Part shown: one piece after another, positions 57,059 through 62,478 of the stretch | Position numbering within the stretch: position 1 is the stretch's first letter | How the letters are laid out: every line of letters starts with the position of its first letter | Assembly (NCBI GenBank): GCA_020638695.1 | Contig: JACKIB010000020.1 | Location: 19,984 to 83,983 of the forward strand | DNA from: Planctomycetota bacterium | Lineage (GTDB): Bacteria; Planctomycetota; UBA1135; UBA2386 | DNA: 64,000 nucleotides | Direction: 5' to 3' | The notes under the pieces: model-generated | The model's input: the letters and a program-made list of their open reading frames with translations, nothing else | Told to the model about the DNA's origin: nothing | Database searches by the model: none | Translations under genes and position numbers: made by a program

Positions 57059-59641
57059 TCAGAGGTCGCGTCGAAAGACGTGGGAACGAGCCGTCGCCAG
57101 GCGATCCCATCCGGGCCGGTGCTCGAGATCGGTCTTGCGAATGTCGCAGAGCACGGTGTTGTAGGCGAACGATCCGGCGGGACTCGGCTCGTCGAGAGTC
57201 AGCATGTCGGGATTGCCGGAACGGTCGACGCCGTCGGCATCCAGGTCCAGCCACGCGCCCTCGTGCAACACCGCGACTCCCGGCATGCAGCGCTCGGTGA
57301 CGTAGACCGGCACCACCACACTACCGCGCGCATTGAAGACCTCCACCGTATCCCCGGTGCGGATCCCGAGGCGCCGCGCATCGGCCGCGTTGAGCGTCAC
57401 CTCTTGCTCGTACACCTCGCGCAGCCAGGAGCAGTTGTTGAAGATCGAGTGCGTGCGCCATCTCGGATGCGGCGAGATCAGATGGAATGGGTAGGTCTTC
57501 GACTTCTCGCTGTTCAATGACTCCCACGGCTCGATCCACTTCGGGATCGAAGGTATGTGATACCCGTAGCGGGTTCGGGTCCAGTCCGAGATCTGCGCGA
57601 GCTCGGTGCACAGGATCTCGATCCGGCCCGAAGGTGTCTGGAACGGCACTCCGTTCTCGATCTGGTCGCGGAACGCGACCTGTGGCTTGTCGAGCTTGAA
57701 CTTGTAGACGCCGCGACTCTTGAACTCGTCCCAGCCCATCTCCACGCCCTGGTGCGCCATCACCTTCGACTGCCACCACTCGCGCAGGTAGGCCTCGTCG
57801 ACCGGATCCGGATTGGTGAAGTAGTCGCGCGTCGCTCGCGGGTTGTAGGCGCGCCCGAAGGAGTCTCCGATTCCGGTCTTGTGGCCGATGCGATAGGCCA
57901 GCTCGGTGAACACCTGGAAGTCGGTCCTGGCCTCACCCAGCGGCTCGATCACCTTCGGTCGGTGGATGTAGTAGTGCCCCTTGTACCAGGGCAGCGCGAC
58001 GTCGTGGCGCTCGAAGTGCGTGGCAATCGGGAACAGCACGTCGGCGTAGAGTCCGGAGGGGGTGATGGTCGAGTCCATGCACACCACCAGCTCCAGCTTC
58101 TCGATCGCCTTCAACCCCTTCTTGACGTTGGTGAGCTGATTGAGCCAGTCCGATCCCTGCCAGAAGATTCCCTTGATGTTCGGAATCACCCCGTCCAGCG
58201 CGTCCTGCCGCGGCCACAGGCCGATCTCCTCGCGCTCGACGTTCGGGTACTCGAGCACACAGTGGGCCCAGCGATCGGACTTGATCGACGAGAACCAGAT
58301 GTTGGCGTACTGATCGTAGGGGTAGGCCACGGCCTCGGCGTGCCATGCCTTGCCGACACCTTCGGCACTGCCACCGAGGATCCCGATGTTTCCGGTCATC
58401 GCCTGCAGGGCGGCGGCCATTCGGTTGTACTGCTCGCCGTAGGCGTTGCGCCCGGGCGACCACGACGCCTTCAGCGCCGCCGGCTTGGTTCGTGCATACA
58501 TGTCTGCGAGCTTGCGGATGTCGGCGGCCGAGACGCCGCAGATCTCGCTCGCCCATTCCGGGGTCTTGGGCACACCGTCGTAGGCCCCGAGGATGTAGTC
58601 CTTGAAGTTCTCCCGGCCGTTGGCTGACCCTCCGGCCCACGCCGGCATGGTGCCGGCGTCCATTCCCTGCGTGAAGCGGTCGATGAATGCCTGGTCCTGG
58701 AGGTTCTCGGTGAAGATGTGATGCGCCATACCTGCGAGCATCGCGCCATCGGTGTTCGGTCTGATCGGAATCCACCACGCATCGTAGGCGGCGGCCGAGT
58801 CCGTGTACTGCGGATCGACGAGAACGAACTTGCACCCGCGCTGCTTGGCGAGGCGCATGTAGTAGAAGGTGTTTCCGCCGTGGAAGCTGTAGGCGGGGTT
58901 CCAGCCCCACATGATGATCAGCTTCGAGTGCGCGAAGGCGTCGTCCTCGTTGCCGTCCTCGATGGTGCCGAAGGTCCAACGCGAGCTCGAGGTCGTCCCC
59001 TGGTACGAGGGGACCGACCACGAGCTGGTCCGGCAGCCGAACATGCCGAGGAAGCGGCCGAGCAGACCCTCGATCTGATCGGACTTGTGTAGCACGCCGT
59101 AGGATGCGCCCGCATAGCTCTGGTCGAGCAACGCGGTGGAGCCATACTGGTTCTTGATCTCCAGCATCTTGTCGGCGACGTACTCCAGCGCCTCGTCCCA
59201 GCTCAGCCGCTTGAAGCGGCCCTCTCCGCGCTTTCCGACGCGCCCCATCGGATAGAGCAAACGCTCCGCGGAGTAGAGGCGTTGACGGTAGGAACGTCCA
59301 CGCAGACACGCCCGGAGTTGCGGCTCCTCCTCGGTGTCCTTTCCGAAGTGCCCATCACGCTGGTAGCGGCCGTCGTCGGTCGACAGCCGCACGATGACGT
59401 CGCCCTTCTTGTGCGCGACCAGCATGTGCCGCGAGCCGCAGTTGTGGGCACAGCTCGTGACCACCGACGTGAGATCGTCGTCGCGCGGGTACGGCTCGTA
59501 GGGAAAGGCGCCGGCATCGCGGACGCCGACGAGTCCGCTGGCGCCCAGCGCGGCGGTACCCGCGGCGCTGGTCTTCAGGAACGACCGCCGCGTGAGGTTC
59601 AGGCGGTCGTCCAGAAAGCCGTATCGATCCTGGGTGCTCAT
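57059..59641 (-). CDS. Tat-exported DMSO-reductase-family molybdopterin (bis-MGD) oxidoreductase, DmsA-like catalytic subunit
   Basis: 860-aa ORF. Twin-arginine signal LTRRSFLKTSAAGTAALGA. Strong resemblance from memory to E. coli DmsA blocks (SCAHNCGSRH.., QLRACLRGRSYRQRLYS..RLLYPMGRVGKRGEGRFKRLSWDEA, IPIRPNTDGAM). Confidence 0.85.
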   Translation of the reverse strand: MSTQDRYGFLDDRLNLTRRSFLKTSAAGTAALGASGLVGVRDAGAFPYEPYPRDDDLTSVVTSCAHNCGSRHMLVAHKKGDVIVRLSTDDGRYQRDGHFGKDTEEEPQLRACLRGRSYRQRLYSAERLLYPMGRVGKRGEGRFKRLSWDEALEYVADKMLEIKNQYGSTALLDQSYAGASYGVLHKSDQIEGLLGRFLGMFGCRTSSWSVPSYQGTTSSSRWTFGTIEDGNEDDAFAHSKLIIMWGWNPAYSFHGGNTFYYMRLAKQRGCKFVLVDPQYTDSAAAYDAWWIPIRPNTDGAMLAGMAHHIFTENLQDQAFIDRFTQGMDAGTMPAWAGGSANGRENFKDYILGAYDGVPKTPEWASEICGVSAADIRKLADMYARTKPAALKASWSPGRNAYGEQYNRMAAALQAMTGNIGILGGSAEGVGKAWHAEAVAYPYDQYANIWFSSIKSDRWAHCVLEYPNVEREEIGLWPRQDALDGVIPNIKGIFWQGSDWLNQLTNVKKGLKAIEKLELVVCMDSTITPSGLYADVLFPIATHFERHDVALPWYKGHYYIHRPKVIEPLGEARTDFQVFTELAYRIGHKTGIGDSFGRAYNPRATRDYFTNPDPVDEAYLREWWQSKVMAHQGVEMGWDEFKSRGVYKFKLDKPQVAFRDQIENGVPFQTPSGRIEILCTELAQISDWTRTRYGYHIPSIPKWIEPWESLNSEKSKTYPFHLISPHPRWRTHSIFNNCSWLREVYEQEVTLNAADARRLGIRTGDTVEVFNARGSVVVPVYVTERCMPGVAVLHEGAWLDLDADGVDRSGNPDMLTLDEPSPAGSFAYNTVLCDIRKTDLEHRPGWDRLATARSHVFRRDL

Positions 59642-59657
59642 ACCGTTCTCCGCGCGG

Positions 59658-60452
59658 CTATCTCTTCAGGTCGGGCTTCGGCCCGGCGGCCTTGGTGAAC
59701 CGCGGATCCGATGCAGTCGGACGCCCCTTCGCCCAGTCCGGCACGCTGTCACCCCCGCCTGGCCATGGATGGCGTGGGTAGGGGTACGAGGTTCGATACC
59801 AGGCGCGCCCACCGTGGCAGCCGTAGCAGACGTCACTCGTGCTACCTGCGGCCTCCTCGATGGCCTCGGGGCGAAGGAAGCTCACCTGATGGCGATTGGT
59901 GCGGATGGCTGCGTGGCACAACAGACAGTTGTCTGCGAACATCGCGCCATGCTCGCTCCACGGGCCGGGGATTCCCATCACCGCGTAGTTGAAGGTGCCG
60001 TGACACATCAGACATGTCTTGGGGTCGACCTGCTTGCGCAGGACGAGCCCGGGCTGCATCTCCGCCGATGACATCCCGGTCTCCTCCACCGGGTCGTTGC
60101 CCTGGTGGCAAGTCGTGCACTGGAGCGACATGACGTTGCGCGCGTACTCGGTGACGAGGTGGCGGCGATGAAACGTCTCTTGCTCGCCGGCGTAGGTGTC
60201 CAGGGTCTGGTACCAGGCGAGAGCATCGGTGGCAGCGAGGCCCGCGGGGGTGGTCTCGCGCACACGGCGGTCGATGATCTCCTGGTGGCAGGCCAGACAC
60301 TGCGCATCAGTGGCGTCATCGATGGCTGGCTTGAAGTGGATCGGGTCCCATCGCGCGCGCTGGTAGCTCGGTGATTCCTCGGCAGCGACACCACCGAGTA
60401 GAGCCGAGAGCGCGATGAGCAACGCGAGCCGTTTCCCGAATCGTCTGGTCAC
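59658..60452 (-). CDS. pentahaem c-type cytochrome (secreted or N-terminally anchored)
   Basis: 264-aa ORF with an N-terminal hydrophobic segment and five CxxCH motifs (CLACH, CTTCH, CLMCH, CLLCH, CYGCH). Its stop is 17 nt from the start of the Mo-subunit gene. Confidence 0.8.
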   Translation of the reverse strand: MTRRFGKRLALLIALSALLGGVAAEESPSYQRARWDPIHFKPAIDDATDAQCLACHQEIIDRRVRETTPAGLAATDALAWYQTLDTYAGEQETFHRRHLVTEYARNVMSLQCTTCHQGNDPVEETGMSSAEMQPGLVLRKQVDPKTCLMCHGTFNYAVMGIPGPWSEHGAMFADNCLLCHAAIRTNRHQVSFLRPEAIEEAAGSTSDVCYGCHGGRAWYRTSYPYPRHPWPGGGDSVPDWAKGRPTASDPRFTKAAGPKPDLKR

Positions 60453-60526
60453 GACATCTGCTCCGGACTGAAAGCGCGGGCACGTCCCTGTGCCCTCGGG
60501 ATTTCCCTACAACGTGTCGGCAGGGC

Positions 60527-60928
60527 TCACTTCGGCGGGGCCCACCCACCGGCCATGCCGGACATACCCGACATTCCACCCATCCCGGACATGCCGCTCA
60601 TGCCCTGCTGCGCGGGATAGAAGAAGATCTGGCCGTCCGGCGAGATCCGGAAGTAGCCCGACATCCCGGACATGCCGCCCATTCCGGACATGCCGCCCAT
60701 ACCCGACATGCCACCCATGCCCGACATGCCACCCATGCCCGACATGCCGCCCATGCCCGACATGCCGCCCATGCCGGACATGCCGCCCATGCCGCCCATG
60801 CCCGACATGCCGCCCATACCGGACATGCCGTCCATGCCGGTCATGCTGGCCGACGCCCCGCTTCCGACGAGCAGGCCGATCGCCGCCGCGAGCATTGCCT
60901 TGCCAAAGGCCTTGCGCATTCGTTTCAT
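60527..60928 (-). CDS. secreted methionine/glycine-repeat protein, (G-M-S/G)n
   Basis: 133-aa ORF with a Sec-type signal peptide (MKRMRKAFGKAMLAAAIGLLVGSGASA). Strong RBS GGGGAGGA 8 nt upstream. Same strand as the flanking operon. By my count 27 of the 106 mature residues are Met, at every third position. Confidence 0.65.
   Translation of the reverse strand: MKRMRKAFGKAMLAAAIGLLVGSGASASMTGMDGMSGMGGMSGMGGMGGMSGMGGMSGMGGMSGMGGMSGMGGMSGMGGMSGMGGMSGMSGYFRISPDGQIFFYPAQQGMSGMSGMGGMSGMSGMAGGWAPPK
60659..60847 (-). repeat. coding tandem repeat, 9/18-bp period (GMS-GMG codon units), 21 triplet units; a second short block lies at 60551-60604
   Basis: The plus strand reads catgccgcccatgcccga reiterated. 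All three frames on both strands give low-complexity repeat ORFs. Confidence 0.85.
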
Positions 60929-60958
60929 CTTCGGTTCCTCCCCTTGCCGGGTTTGATG

Positions 60959-61279
60959 TCAGCGCTCGCGCGCCGACGCTTCTGGATCGGTGTGCCATCC
61001 ACGAATGTCGTAACGCCCGGTCATTCCGGGACGGTCGAACGGCGTGTACCAGGCACCCTGGTCCTCCAAGAATCGGAAGCTGCGCGGATAGGGCGGAGCG
61101 AGCCCCGTGAGCGCCCGCGCGTACCACTCACCGTCGTGATTCATCGTCGACACCACCGGTGCCCCGGCGGGCCGGGCTCCCGGTTGGGTGCCCGCGATGG
61201 GGGTCTCGGCCGCCGCCACCAGCCGGTTCCCGGCGACGGTGCAGAGCACGCCGAGCGCAAGGACCTTCACCGCGTTCAT
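60959..61279 (-). CDS. small secreted protein, unknown function
   Basis: Signal peptide MNAVKVLALGVLCTVAGNRLVAAA. ATG at 61279 is preferred over GTG at 61282. RBS GGGGAGGAG 7 nt upstream, identical in style to the RBS of the Met-rich gene. The mature part contains WYTPFDRPGMTGRYDIRGWH. Confidence 0.5.
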   Translation of the reverse strand: MNAVKVLALGVLCTVAGNRLVAAAETPIAGTQPGARPAGAPVVSTMNHDGEWYARALTGLAPPYPRSFRFLEDQGAWYTPFDRPGMTGRYDIRGWHTDPEASARER

Positions 61280-61454
61280 CACATCGCTCCTCCCCTGTCG
61301 GGCAACCGTGACATCACCGTCTATCCGGTCACGTGCGTGTCGCCCGGCTGTCGATCGGGGTCAGGCAAGCGGCATGCCATCGGCGGGATCGCACTGATTC
61401 GGCAGGAGATCCGGCGATGCATCGGCGCCTGTCACCGCGTTCCGCGGCACGACA

Positions 61455-61471
61455 CCTGACGATCTGTCAGG
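61455..61471. promoter_or_regulatory. palindrome CCTGAC-N5-GTCAGG (core TGACGATCTGTCA), candidate operator
   Basis: Perfect 6-bp arms, about 180 bp upstream of the 61279 start. The 13-mer core matches 11/13 positions of the palindrome at 62351-62363. Confidence 0.3.
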
Positions 61472-61632
61472 CGTCCTCGAGCAGGCCGACCCCGCGCGCC
61501 GGCCCGTTCCCCTCGCGCCCGGACTCACCCTGGCCAGCCCGCCCGACGAATCAAACGCTTGCACTCGCGGGCCTACGAGCGGGCCGACCGGCGAGACACC
61601 GCCGCGATCCATGACAACTTGTCCGTTCGGGC

Positions 61633-62166
61633 TCAGCGCGCCGGCGCGGACGTGTCACCACCCGCAGGGGCGGCACCCTCCGGTGCGGGCGATTCGGTCG
61701 CCGCCGCACCGGGCGGAATCAGAGTCACCCAACCGTCGTCCGCGACGTCGACCTGCCAGCCACCGCGCTCGAGCGCCTCGCGCAACGTGGTGGCAAGAGC
61801 AGGCGCCGAGCTCACGGCGACTGCCGGGCCGGGCGCGGTCCTGACGGGCGGCCGGAGAACCCACCCACCGTCGGCCGCGGACTCGCTGGACCATCCCGCC
61901 CATTGCAGCGCGAGCCGGAAACGCTCGCCGAGGGTCGCCTCGGCCGGGGCCCGTGGAGGCACGGGGAAGTAGTAGCGACTGCCGTCTGGCCCCTCGATCG
62001 AAGGCCAGCCCTTGGCGGTGATCGCCTGGCGGAGCGCCTCGGCCAGGCTCGGTGCGGGCTCGACCGCCCCCGCGGGGTCGGCCGACTGTGCTCGGGCGGT
62101 GACCGCCAACAGCGTGGTCACTGCCAGTAGCACGAGACGAGATCGAGAATGCGCACGTGCGCTCAT
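61633..62166 (-). CDS. secreted protein with three internal ~40-aa repeats, unknown function
   Basis: Track ORF trimmed to Met40 (MSARAHSRSRLVLLAVTTLLAVTARA, a signal peptide). Repeats: LAEALRQAITAKGWPSIEGPDGSRYYFP / LGERFRLALQWAGWSSESAADGGWVLRPP / LATTLREALERGGWQVDVADDGWVTLIPP. Confidence 0.5.
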   Translation of the reverse strand: MSARAHSRSRLVLLAVTTLLAVTARAQSADPAGAVEPAPSLAEALRQAITAKGWPSIEGPDGSRYYFPVPPRAPAEATLGERFRLALQWAGWSSESAADGGWVLRPPVRTAPGPAVAVSSAPALATTLREALERGGWQVDVADDGWVTLIPPGAAATESPAPEGAAPAGGDTSAPAR

Positions 62167-62350
62167 GGGGATTTCTCCGTGGCTTGGGCTCGACGCGGAC
62201 GACACCCGGGTCGAGCGCGTCCTCGACCAGCGACGAGCAAGTCCCGATCCAACGCGTCGAGGCGCGCGACCCGACGCACACATTCAAGGGCTTGGCATGC
62301 CCGTCGTCGCATTGCGCCGGGTCACCGTCGCGCCGAGGGTCGCTGCGACA

Positions 62351-62363
62351 TGACAAACTGTCA
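62351..62363. promoter_or_regulatory. palindrome TGACA-AAC-TGTCA, candidate operator in a divergent promoter region
   Basis: Perfect 5-bp arms. Lies between the 62166 gene (minus strand) and the kinase gene (plus strand, GTG 62479). Same TGAC-N5-GTCA core as 61457-61469. Confidence 0.3.
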
Positions 62364-62478
62364 GAGAATCCGCCAGCCAGATGCCTAGAATCGGAGTCGC
62401 CGGAGTGGGACCGTCTCGGCGGCGCCACCGCGGCGACCGGCAGGTGATGGACGGGCGACGACGCCCACGGGTGCTCGC

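Noticed and set aside
60659-60847. Possibility that the short tandem repeats are a CRISPR array.
   Set aside because: The 18-bp units are contiguous with no unique spacers, they lie in-frame inside a coding sequence, and no cas genes are present.
60490-61110. Alternative repeat ORFs over the Met-repeat locus: the plus-strand Cys/Pro/Thr-rich CRPCPTCHPCPTC ORF (60490..61110), the plus-strand MPPIPDMPPMPD ORF (60672..60956) and the minus-strand GRHVGHGRHV ORF (60507..61127).
   Set aside because: They are other-frame readouts of the same 18-bp tandem repeat. Only the 60527..60928 minus frame has a signal peptide, a strong correctly spaced RBS and operon-consistent orientation. The Cys-rich frame cannot be formally excluded without expression data.
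61283-61632. Searched the 5' region of the molybdoenzyme locus for a Moco riboswitch or other structured leader.
   Set aside because: I could not recognise the conserved Moco-motif core by eye. Only generic GC hairpins are present, plus a GTGAC-N15-GTCAC inverted repeat (61308-61332). A covariance-model scan (Rfam RF01055) would be decisive.
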